NCBI GenBank assembly: GCA_024679065.1
Contig: JAGIQG010000012.1
Coordinates: 9,796,001 to 9,860,000, forward strand
Reading direction: 5' to 3'
Length of the DNA stretch: 64,000 bases
DNA from: Sphyrna mokarran
Taxonomy: Eukaryota
Shown here: positions 25,001-37,000 of the stretch, piece by piece
Position numbering within the stretch: position 1 is the first letter of the stretch
How the letters are laid out: every line of letters begins with the position of its first letter
Program-made: the position numbers and the translations under genes
Notes under the pieces: generated by a model
The model's input: the letters and a program-made list of their open reading frames with translations, nothing else
What the model was told of the DNA's origin: nothing
Databases searched by the model: none

Positions 25001-28000
25001 AGTGCTGGGGTGTGGCGACTAGGGAAGTTTCATAGTAACTTCATTGCAGTGTTAATGTAAGCCTACTTGTGATACTGATAAATAAACTTGTTTAAAAAAC
25101 TTAAAAGCTATCTAAATTAGGGCCCATGATATTGGAAAGCTGGTTACTGTGACTCAAAATAGCGGTTAGTATATGTTACTTTTCCTAATTTGAATAGAAA
25201 TAAAATTACTGTCCAGAATGAGAAGGAAATCTACAAATTACCCTGAGACACCTTTTGATATTTGAGTCAGATATTTTCCTACTTTATTGATTCTCGGAGG
25301 GCTGAAGGGCCTGTTCCCACGCTGTACTTTTCTTTGTTCTTTGATAAGAGGAATGGTATTGTTTCTGACATTTATTGCTCTTTGCCTTTCACGGTTAAAA
25401 GCAGGTTCTGCTTGGTTTAGGCTTAGCTCTAACAGTCTATTAATTCTGCTTTTTTCCCCTTCATTATTTATGTATAGAGGCTCGTTTAAGGCTTAGGTCT
25501 CAAGTGAGCAAGTATATAAGGTTTATTGTTTGTTAGCTCACTTTAGCCTATAGTTTGACAGGTCAAATTTTGATCTGATTTTCAGTATCCCTTTTGCGTA
25601 AGTCTTGATATTTTTTAAAATCTATATTTTAAAAAATAAAAAACATGGTGGAAGCAAGGAGGAAGTAGTGCCTCATGAAATTGATTGCTTTGGTGACTTT
25701 ATATCGGAATCAGTTATCTCCAATTATCCAGTTCTGTAAGTTAGTTAAAATTTAGAACTTCAGTGTGCACTCAATACCTTGGCTTATAAACTTAAAATAC
25801 TTTTATTCCAATACATTTTTTCACTATTATCAATCTTTAACTCACCTGCAATTTTGTACTGCCTTCTGGTCCAAAATGCTAGCTGACTGTTCATGTGCTT
25901 TGAAAGTTCTAATAAGTTTGGTTAGTGATGGCCTCAAAAATTAATACAAATGTTTGATTTTAAAAAGATGTTTCTGCAATTTTTCTGCAGCCTAATATGG
26001 AGAGCAACGGTCATTCTCCCACTATCCACCGTTTTCCAATATCGCTACTTTAAATGTTACATCATGGAACCTAAGGTAAGGTGCATTTTCTGGATTGTAC
26101 TAAATCTATGTTTAATTTTTGATTTTTCTTTTGGAGGATTTCCTGTTGTAAAATCGAGTTGTTTATTAAATGCTTCATTGTGTAAGCAAATACTAGGAGG
26201 TGTGTACGGTCAGGCCAGAGTTTTCTTACCTGGTATTTCCATTTTTCTCTCCCTCCCTCCTTGAGAAGGGGCAAAATTTGGCTCCATACAGCTGAATAGC
26301 CCACTGACATCATAAATAAAATGAAGTGAATTCTATAGGGAATAAAGGGAGTGAAAAATAATTGGTTTTCTAGCTTAGATTTTTGTCAGTAAAAATTCTT
26401 GTCTTTAACCCATCTACCTCTGCACTGGATGCTATCTATAATGATTGGTGATATTTTGTGTCTTATTAAATTTAAGATAAATTATGATTAATTGGTATAA
26501 GTATAATTGATACATTAAACTGTTCTATTCACTTGTTCTGCATTGGCAACTTCACTCTATATTGCATCAGAGACTCTCCTTCAGCAAATGTATCGACTTG
26601 ACACATCCCTTTCCATCCTTTTGAGTTATATTTTTGCGTGAGGGTTTATTATTGTTTGGTTCATTTTAGCAGCAGTAAATAACCTATTGCATTACTTTAT
26701 TTTCTCTCAATTGGCAATCAGCTAGCTTCTTTAACTAGCCATTAGATTTCTTTTAAAGTCAGCATGTTGCAAGTGATTCTTTTTTCCATTTTTCTACACT
26801 TGGTTTTTGAAATGAAGAGTGGCAATATTTAGAGGATTTAATAACCTGAGTGCTTCAGTTTTAATTTGATTTGGACTTTCTGAGAATGCACTAACAATTA
26901 AATGTATTTTTTCTAATTAATTGCTGCTGTAACCAAAATATACAAATCAACATAAATTGAAGTAAAAAGAAGCTAAGCTGTTTATTGGTGTTGCCACTAG
27001 GATTTCTGTGAACTGTTATGGTGGCTCTGAAATTTTTCTTTGGCATGATTGTGCCAGGTGAGAACATTCTGAGCAATATAACATAGATTTCTTGTTGATG
27101 GTGGTAGAAATAGTTTGAATAAAAGCAGTCAAACTGTTGTTGGCTTAAGTGGAATCATTTTTGGCCGTTAGTACTTGTACCTCTGAACAACCTAGTGACA
27201 ACGCTGATTTTAATTTTATCTGTTGGTTTCAAACAAAAACTGAGACATTTAGAAATGTCCCCTTTTCTTTTCATGCTTTGTGCTTACGCATGTAGCTATT
27301 TTGATTAATAATACACTTGGTTTAAAAAAAAATTAACCATCAATTGTAAGCGCAGGCCCAGATAGGGAATCAAAGCAAATATTATGGATTTTTATGTATT
27401 TTAAATGGACTGGTGATTGCTTGAGAAAGAATACCAATAGAATATTAAAGCTTGCTTGTGTTTTTTTTTAATTTTCCTGTGCTCCATAGTGTTAGTGAAA
27501 TCCTAACAAGAGAACACTTGTTCAATTTTTAGTGCCTGAAGAATTTATGCATTGCAACATTTTTGCTCTGCTGTCCCCATCTTGTTTCCCCTTCATTTCC
27601 CACACTGGTTGGTGTCGCCGTGAGGAATATTAAAGTACAACCAAAAGTGGAGGAAATGTTTTGCGAGGTGCCAGAGTGCTGAAACTGCCCAACTATTTTG
27701 TGTAGATCCTTAAAAGCTGCAGAAGACTTGTTTCATTAGTCCCTGTTGGCTTCAGACTTAATTGCAAGAGTGAAAGCTTAATTCATTTCCCATCATGATC
27801 CTTTAAAGTAACTTGAAGAAGAATGCTAGGTTTATTTTATATCAACTTCCTCATTTTCAGCAATCAGTACTTTTAAAGTTCAAGGTTATTAGTTACGATA
27901 TTGAAGAGTGAGTTTAAGTTGCATTTTGTAATTTTATGTATGGTACATGTATGATGATTTAGTAAAAATAATTTAAACCCTTTATTTCCTATTCAGGTCT

Positions 28001-31000
28001 TGCTGGGCTATGCACCTTCTGCAGACCTGGCAGCCTGTTCCTATGCATCTGCCAGTGCTGCTGTTCAGTCAGACAGCCATTCGAAGGCTCATGACAACCT
28101 GGCAATAGGACTCCTACCAACTTTTCTCTCCTCTAGAGAATTGATGGGACCTCTGACAGAAATGTGAGATCGGAACTCTTCAGTGAGAAGTTCAAATTTG
28201 CATCTCTCCTGTGGTACCATCTGTTGGTGCTCTGATATGCTGTGTTATTAAATTGTACTGTGGTCAATCCAGTTTCAATATTGGTTGTGATCCTCAGTAC
28301 CTGTAATTTTAGGCAATTGTGTTACTACGTGAAAAGCACAGATTGAAAAATTTGTAAACGTTCTACCAGAAGTGGTTAAAAACGTATCTCTTGTCCTCTG
28401 AGCTTACATTTTCTTCTAGTCCTTTTGTATTATTATAAAGGGCTTTAATCTTTTTATCACTTGACTCAGAACCCTGCTGATCTTCGGCAAGTGCTAGTCA
28501 ACAAGTGGGAGACTCATCCTCATCCACGATCATTTAATCCGTCGGGTATGTCACTACAGTGTATTGAGTTTCTGTTATCTGCCAGATTGGCAATAGCAGA
28601 GGTACATGTAATTAAATTAAGCATCTGACAGTTGCCATTTACTTTTCAAATTCAGAGAGTACTACTAAACGTCAGTCTTTTATTACCACATTATACTTTG
28701 ACTCTTGCGAACCAAATGTTTGTCACATTGGACATAAAGTGTGACCAGCATTTCTAAACAGCAATTTTTCTCCTTTTCCTTCCCACCTGTCTCTACAATT
28801 CTTGCCTGGTTACACTCTCAATCTATATTCTAGATATTCTGAACCAAGATTTCATAATGGTCCTTTAATCTGACCACTGGAATTTAAGTGGTTCTATATT
28901 GGCTGACATTGGCCCTCGCGCATGCTGCTGCCCCCCCACCCACCCACCACCACCACCACCCAACCCAACCCTGCATGTGCGACTAACTTGTTCCCCCCAA
29001 CCCCACCCATGCACGCAAATTTGCTTCTTACCACATTGAAGCATTATTCAGTTGTATCCCTGGACCTCTTGTCAATTTGAACCATTCCTAATAAAATGAG
29101 TTACCTTCTAGCAATTTAATTGTCAATACTGAAGACCAAATTAAGTTTTCTCAGAAGATGCTGTACACGATATGTTGGACAGCACCTCATGCTGGTAGAC
29201 AACGTATTACTGCAGCTTTTTCACTCAAAGAAGTTTTCCAGGTATTTAAAGTGAAGCTACTTTGGGTTAAGTAATGCACTGCGCTACATTTGCACTGATG
29301 ATCCACATTTGTGGAAATAATGTTTAGTGCCAATTCTTTTATCTTTCCACGTGCATATACCTTAGCTTATGACTTGTTATGTCGACTGTGTAATTTTTTA
29401 TCCCTAAGTTTATTTTCAATTTTTTAAGCATACAAAATAGATTTATTTTACAATTAATTTTTGTCCCAATCCCAAGTAACTTCAATAAAGGTTTCTTATA
29501 AAGATCTAATTTCTAATGAGTTTCCTTACGTGTAAATAAAACTAAAGATTGATCCTTCAAAATACAATTTTTCTAAGTGTCGCACAGTTTCTTCCACTTG
29601 TCTACCTTGATCACTGGTGATGAGCTTTTACCATCATTGCATCTCTGATCCAGCTGAATAAGCTATTCAGAAGTATATTCCCACAGTTGAGTGAATAGGA
29701 TTGTAGTATTGGTGTGTTGAGACTGAGTGATGCAACATGTATCCCCCCGCCTCACACTCAGCAAAACAGCATGCTGCTGTTTCAGCGTGGTGCACCGCGG
29801 CTACGCTTTTCTCTTTAATATCTAAAGTGCATTAACTATTCTCCTATGTGCTGCTGCTGAGTGTGCCACTTTGCACCTGATTTGCCATTAAGTTTTTTAT
29901 TAAGGTTTGTTAACGACAGAAGAAAGCATTTAAAACACCTAGGAGCTATAAATTGAGAAGAATTAAACTGCATGTCACGGGTGAGTACGTTATTTAGGAG
30001 CAGGGTGTATAACTCATCATTAGAGCCAACACAAGATAACATGTGATGCTGAAGACACAACAAAAGAAACAGAAGCAGGTATACACCACATGGCTCATCA
30101 AACCTGCTTTGCCATTCAGTAAGATCGTGGCTGATCTTGGGCTTCAATGCCATTTTCCTGCCTGCTCCCCATGTGCCTTAGATCCCTGAGACCAAACTTC
30201 TGTCTATCTCAGCCTTAAATGTATTTCAACAATGAAGCAAAGGAACTGGTTGCTCAGTTCCCCCAAGATGTTGCTGCTGTAGTTGAAGCACCAGAGATAG
30301 TATCGCCTGATGAAAATAGGACATCTTTGGGTTCTCCACTGAATTTCCTTACGTTTCCATAATGAAGGTAACTATCCCTTAACACTGGCCAGAGTTCACT
30401 TAAGCTGCGGTCTGGAATGTCTGACTCATGTTCTTCACCAAAATGAAATCAGCTTCCTTCCAGTATCTCAGTACTACCCCTTTTGTTAATATTTAAAATT
30501 CAAATAACAGAAGTTTTTTAGAGCATGCCATTGTTTGAGCTATAATTCTGTTAAAACTGGAATACAGTCCAGGAGACTAGTCCTTCACTATTGAAGGTAT
30601 GTTCTTAAGTCAGAAATTCCAGTATCATCCTGGCTCTCGGACTGTTGAACTTACGGAATTCAGCACCACCTCTTCTGCCTGATTGAACCTGGTCCCAAGT
30701 TATAAGGCACACCAGGGGCCAAGATGTAAAATTACATTAGTGTACATTTCTTATGCAGCATAGCTTTGGCATTCTGTCCCATGTGTCTGGGAATGCAATA
30801 AATTTGATATTTTGCACCTAGCATAAAGACAGCTAACAACTTTGGACATCAAATATATGTAGCACATGGGTGCCACATACCAATAAGCTACTCTATAAAA
30901 TCTTTTAGAAGAATGGCACTTGGCTTCTGGTGACTCAACAGTTGTGTTAACATCTGACTGTTTTATAAAGGAGATAATGTTTGTGACTAAACTTTGCAAA

Positions 31001-34000
31001 TGATCCCATTCTGATTGTATATAAAGCTTCCCTTGTTCTCTATTTACCTATCCCTTTAAGTATGTGGGCTTCTTGCCTTTGCTATGCTGGAGTAAGTCAT
31101 TAAGAGATTCAAGTAAAACATGTATTGTCTTGCATGCGTACCAAGGGCTCTGAAGGTCTCTTGTCCAGATTTTAACACTGGGTAACTAAGAGCACAAGGA
31201 ATAAGGACCTTGAGTTTAGAAGCACTATTGTGTACAGTAATCTTGCACCTCTCTCCAACAAAAAGTACCAGAGTGTTAAATTATATCACATCCTAACTGC
31301 AGCACAGAAACTTTAAATCTATGCCAATGTTCATGTCTCATGCATGCCATCTCTGATCTCCCTAATCCATTCAGCATTTCTTCTCTTTTACTTCACTTTT
31401 ATTGCGTCTCCTCTTAAAAAGTCATCAAATCAAGGTTGAATGGAGATCAGGTAATTTTTTGAGGTTGAGAAATTTGTTAGTATCATCATACAAACGTATT
31501 TTAAGAATGTAGTTGAGAAGTGCTGAGGTCATTTTTTGGGCAATGCACTCTCCATCTGTAAATTAAGGTTGAATATAGTCCTTATTCTAAAACACTTAAA
31601 ATGGCCAGATCCATTTTTAAAGGTGCAAACTATTTACATCCAAGGTGAAGATCTTTTAAAATGTAAAATCCTATGACAGGTCCTAAACAAGAAGAATCAA
31701 TTGTCGCCATAAAATGACAAATTTAGAAGGGGAAGTTCGGTCTTGCACTGTATTAATAGTAGATCATAAAATATTGACTGAGGAGATGGGCATGACCATG
31801 AGAACTTTTTTAATCCACCTAACTATTTTCACTGCAAAAACAAAGAGAGATGGTCAATTTTAAAAGACCTTTGAATGGCTGGCTTACAATAGCAAAAGCA
31901 TGCCTTGGTTGTTTTATCATCAAAGGCCATCTTTAAGGAAGCTTGGAACTGAACAAATTGGATGAAGTTAACATGCTGGGGACTTTTAACTCTCATAGTG
32001 GACAGTAGTCCAATGAATTGCTGATTCTGATCCATCCAGACGAGTGACAACTGGGAGACTGCTGATTTTAATGATCGAGTCTCATTGACATGCCATTGAC
32101 CAACATACTCACCAAAATGGCTGGGAAAGTTTTTCTCCATTTTGAAAGTGCCATAAGGAGTAGTAGTCCACTTATTTCTGCCCAGTGGAATTTTGCAATA
32201 ATACAGAATATATTGCATATGTCTCCCAGTTTCTGATGTGATTAATTTAAGACTGAGCTGAGGGATTTTTTTTCATTCAATTTTGTGAATCTTTGCCTTC
32301 TGGAATACAGAATCTCAATATATTGTTGGTCGTCAAGAAGGCTCAAGATTAAGATAAAAGTTTTTGAACTGAGGTAATCAAAGGATGTGCTTGGGCAGAA
32401 AAGTGGAATTGGCCATTATCTTGAGGAATGTCACAGGCTTGAGGAGCTGCATGGCATACTCCTATTTGTTGTGCTCTTGGTTGAAACCCATGTTTAGTTG
32501 TGATCTTGATTCCTTAGCTTCCTTATAAATCACTAATCAGTGCTGACATCATTGTTCCCATCATTCACCTTGACTGCTATGGGAAAGAAATGACTCCAAC
32601 ATTTATTTCCAAGTTTTACAAATTTTGTTTGCATTCTGAGAGCTTGAAATGACCTTCAGTGCTCAGTATGCTGTCTGAAAAGGGTGCTAAATCAATTTTT
32701 GGGCTTTATGTTTGAAGTCAGGTCTGTGCTTAAAAAACACTTGTATGTTAATGCATTTAAATCAAGTAATATTTGTGCGTTCAAGGAAAGGTATCTTTTT
32801 AAAATTAATTTAGTTGTCTTTACAGCTAGGAATAGAAAATTTTTTAATTTTAAACTGAATGATGTGTCTAGTGTAACAATTATTGACTTCTCCCATTGCT
32901 TCCTTTCTCTGTTCTAGAACGAGAGTGCATTTTGAATGATGGATACTTTGGAATTTTCAGTAAGTGTACTGCAATATTTTATTGAATATTAAATGTAGAA
33001 TAATTTCAAAGGAGTGTCATATTGGACTCAATGTCCACAGATTACTGCAAGGTGTGCTGAGATTTCTTAGCGCTGTTATTTTTGATTTCCAGAGTCTGCA
33101 GTATTTTACTTTTTATCATAAATATAGGATGGTTTGCAAGTTAGTTGATCAGATCTATATGGAGAAGAGAATCCTGCCATGTAGTACAGTGTATTCCTTG
33201 GAGTTGAATGTGTCTTTCAAAGCGTGGGTGGGTTTCCTTCCGTAGTCCAAAGATGTGCAGTTTAGGTGGATTGGCCATGCTAAATTGCCTCTGTCGTACC
33301 GCATTTGGGGAGTCAAGACCAAGTGCAGATTTCAGGCAAAAGCAAAACCGGAACGTGGGAATGAATTAATCTGTGTGCAAACATCATTCAATCCCCATTT
33401 TAAAACATACTCTCTGCCCTTATTTTTCTATTTCTGGTATAGATTCCTATGTTTGCATTTATAATGGGGCTTACTATGAAAAGTCTGCACTTTATAATGT
33501 GGCATGTTCCTGCTCTGCTAATGCAATATCTCTATCAGAAAAATGTAATTATAGTCTGACCATTTTACAGGGATGAATTCCAACGTAAGTGTTGATGCTT
33601 GAATTTATAATGGATAAGTATTGAGGTGGAAGTGTGTACAAATTTAAGAATTTTAATGTTGGGGAGTAGCATTGTAGAATTCCTGCAAGGTTTAATTTGC
33701 TGATTTTAAAGAAAAATCAAATGAAGCCTTTTGATTCCCAAAAATGTTAACTCTTGTTACTGTGAGATAAAACAGCATCACAAATATAGGATAATTCCAA
33801 AGAAGCATTGTATTGGGCTCAGCTTTTTATATGTCTCTCTGTTTGAGCCTCAGGAGTACGTCAATAGGTTACTAAAGGTAACACAAGCAAATTGATCCTT
33901 TTGTGCCTAAAATATACACTTATATATGCACTACAAGTTTACTGTATTGCAATCTGGTGGCTCAGACAGCTGTCAAGCTGCCCGGATTGATGTCAGTTAA

Positions 34001-37000
34001 TTCATTATAGAGCGGGTTTGGAATTTGACTACTATCTGCTTATCTTAGCTCCTTATTTGGCTACTTTGCTACTAGTGGAGTTCTATTATCTTCAGAAGAT
34101 ATAATTTGACTCACTACCGTCTAATTTTTTAATCGGGGGTGGATTGATGATTTCTGTGTGGCCATTTTCTGTTTTTTTTTGAGTTTTACTGGGGTGTGTA
34201 TAAGAATGGACTTGGGTTTGTACTTTATTGCTGACCTCCTTTTCGTAAGGATTCATGGTTGTTTTGAGATAGAAACTCATTATGGGCTCCAACCACTTAG
34301 TAGAATAGCAGTATTATATACCCATTCTATATCCTACGAGTAAGTTTGACTATGCTTTATAAGATGCTGATGTGATTATGTTTCATGACACTTAGAATTG
34401 TGCACATGCATAATCTGTATTCATTAGAAACTGTTGGCTTGTAATTCTTCCTATGATTCCTATCTGTACATAGGTTCATTTCTAATTCTATTTTTATCTT
34501 GGTTGATGAATGAAATTTCAAGCTATAATGTTTATGACCCATGTTTATTTGTCTAAGTTTCATACTTTTCTCTAAAGTTTATCATACATTGGAGCTGTAC
34601 ATATTACCATGCACCAGCCAAGCCAGTGTATTTTTTAATCCCTTTGTTTACATTCCATTGCACAGATGAAAAAATGTTGAGACATTAGCTACGTTATATG
34701 AAATCTGGGTATTATAAATTTCTGCTCTGTTTTGTAATTGGGCCTGTATCCCTGAACGATGAGAAATTTATGTTCGTTAACCAATATCAAGATGTATACT
34801 AATCTAACACATTGCCATAATGACGGGATGTCATGACCTTCCCATTTACACCCTGTTAGTGAGCCAAGGATAGATGAGGGTTTTAAGCTATTCTACTTTA
34901 TTGTCAATAAGTGAGTCCACAAAGCTGTGGTTAAAGAAAATCTCAAGTCGTGCAACTTAATTTCAGTCTCATTGGTAAGAAAACTCATAAAATTTGTTCC
35001 ACTGACTATTTTGATAGGCTGCAAAAACTTAAATTTTCTTGGAACCATCTTTTTCTGTAACCTGACTAGCTGACTTTACTGTTCTTCTATAACGAAGATC
35101 TGTTCCTCCCTGCCTCGCTTAGCAGCCTTCAAAATACGCATTTAATTCTTCTGTTGTTCCTGGTGTTTGTTGGCAGTGGGGTGGTGACTTGAGCATCAAC
35201 TGTTCCTCTGTTCAAGCTTTGGTTAATGGAGACACTGCTTCTCTCACCCTCTCTTCACAACCCTCTGTCCCATGTAGACCAGATTGGATCACCTCATGCT
35301 ACCTCATCTAATTCGAATTTAGCAGTAACTAGGAATTTGGTATGCGGTTAAAAGTTCAGTAAGTGAATTCTGTAGGGCCTCACTTTCCAAGAGTTTTTGC
35401 AACGGTGTTAAGGGCACTGTGATGTTAGTATACTTTTTAAGATTTTTTTAAAATCATAGTCACAGCCTTAAGTGATGCCATTGGTGAGAGGAGGAAAAAA
35501 CTGCAGATCAGGTGACAAATTTTGTGTTTAGTTTTGTTTTGGCTGCAGTGTTAGAGGCAGTCTTAGAAGCAAGCTGGAAAAGAATGCTCTTTCTATTTTG
35601 AAAGCATGGCCTATTGCCATCCTGCAGTAAAGAATCTGTTTTGGTGTTGGAAAGCTGAAAACTACATCTGCTCTTGAGTTTTCAAGATCATTTGAAAGCA
35701 GCATTCAACCCACACAACTGCGTTCCAGCATCATGTGGGCTTTAGCCTGTGCAGTGATAAATCTGCTTGAAGGTTTTTGTTTGTTGGATTTTGGTTTTAA
35801 TTGGAACACATTGGAGATATTCATTAAGGGATGTACATTATAGCAGTTGGTTTGTTTCTTGTTTGTAATTGATAAAAAGTTGATGCTAATTTTCTTACTA
35901 TACATATTAACTGCATTCTTAATAAACTTTGTTCGATAAAAGCTCTCTACTGGATCACTTGAATTATACCTGAAGTGAAGCATTCGTACTTACCATAGCC
36001 AAATTCAGGATGCAAAATTTATGGCTCTGGCAGGCTTCGTAAAATACTTAGGAGTTTTTGACCTGAATCATAACAGCACCATGAGTGGCTGTACTCCGAT
36101 AGATTCCAAATTATGGGAGTGTCAGTGAAGAAGTGTGTAATCACTGTCAGAAACTTCTGGATTTGCATATTTAACATATCGTGCAGGCTGCTGAAGTTAC
36201 TGTCAGTTTTGGAGGAGCAATGATGCTGAACCCTGACAGCTTAACCATCATTACTACTGAAAATCGACCATAATCTTTCGGTCATCCTTTAATTGTTTAT
36301 TTACCCCAACTGAAACTTTACTCTTGAAAGAAACAAAATACTTCTGCATTGTTGTGACTCCTATCTTCATCCTGTTAATTAATTTCAGCTTTCAGTGCTT
36401 TTCTTGTGAGCATGAATTACTATTTGTACCTTTCGTCTAAATGATTCATGTGTTTATTACTTGTAGCTCCTTAAGGGCCAGTTGCTGAATGTAGCTGCTA
36501 AGATGTATGGCTGCCTTTTCCTTTCAGAACTTTTATATAAGTATATTTTTGGATGATTTGGAATATTCTATACTTAATTGCTGCTATTTGCATCCCTGTA
36601 AATTGATTTAAAGAATCTCTGTAGCATAGGAGGAGGCGGTTTGGCCCATCAAATCTGCATCATCGACAATCCCACCCTAACTCCTTAGCCCCATGTATTT
36701 GTCCTGCTAATCCTCCTGACACTAAGGGGCAATTTAACATGGCCAATTAACCTCACCCTGCATATCTTTGGACCGTGGGAGGAAACTGGAGCACCTGGAG
36801 GAAAACCACGCAGACATGGGAAGAATGTGCAGATTTCACTCAGACAGTGACCCAAAGCCTGAATTGAATCTGGGACACTGGTGCCTTGATGCAGCAGTGC
36901 TTGCCACCATGCTGCCCTTTTTTAAAATGTGACAGCAGCAGTTTGAGCCTCCAAAATCTTTTCCTATCAGCTATTCCTGATTACTAAATCCAATGTATTG

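Noticed and set aside
31829-32218. 129-aa antisense ORF
   Set aside because: No recognisable domain or splice context; likely chance or a decayed repeat.
35630-36075. Solo LTR (similar candidates at about 2940-3600 and 22750-23670)
   Set aside because: An AATAAA and a TAACA end are suggestive, but I could not establish a TSD, primer-binding site or partner LTR.
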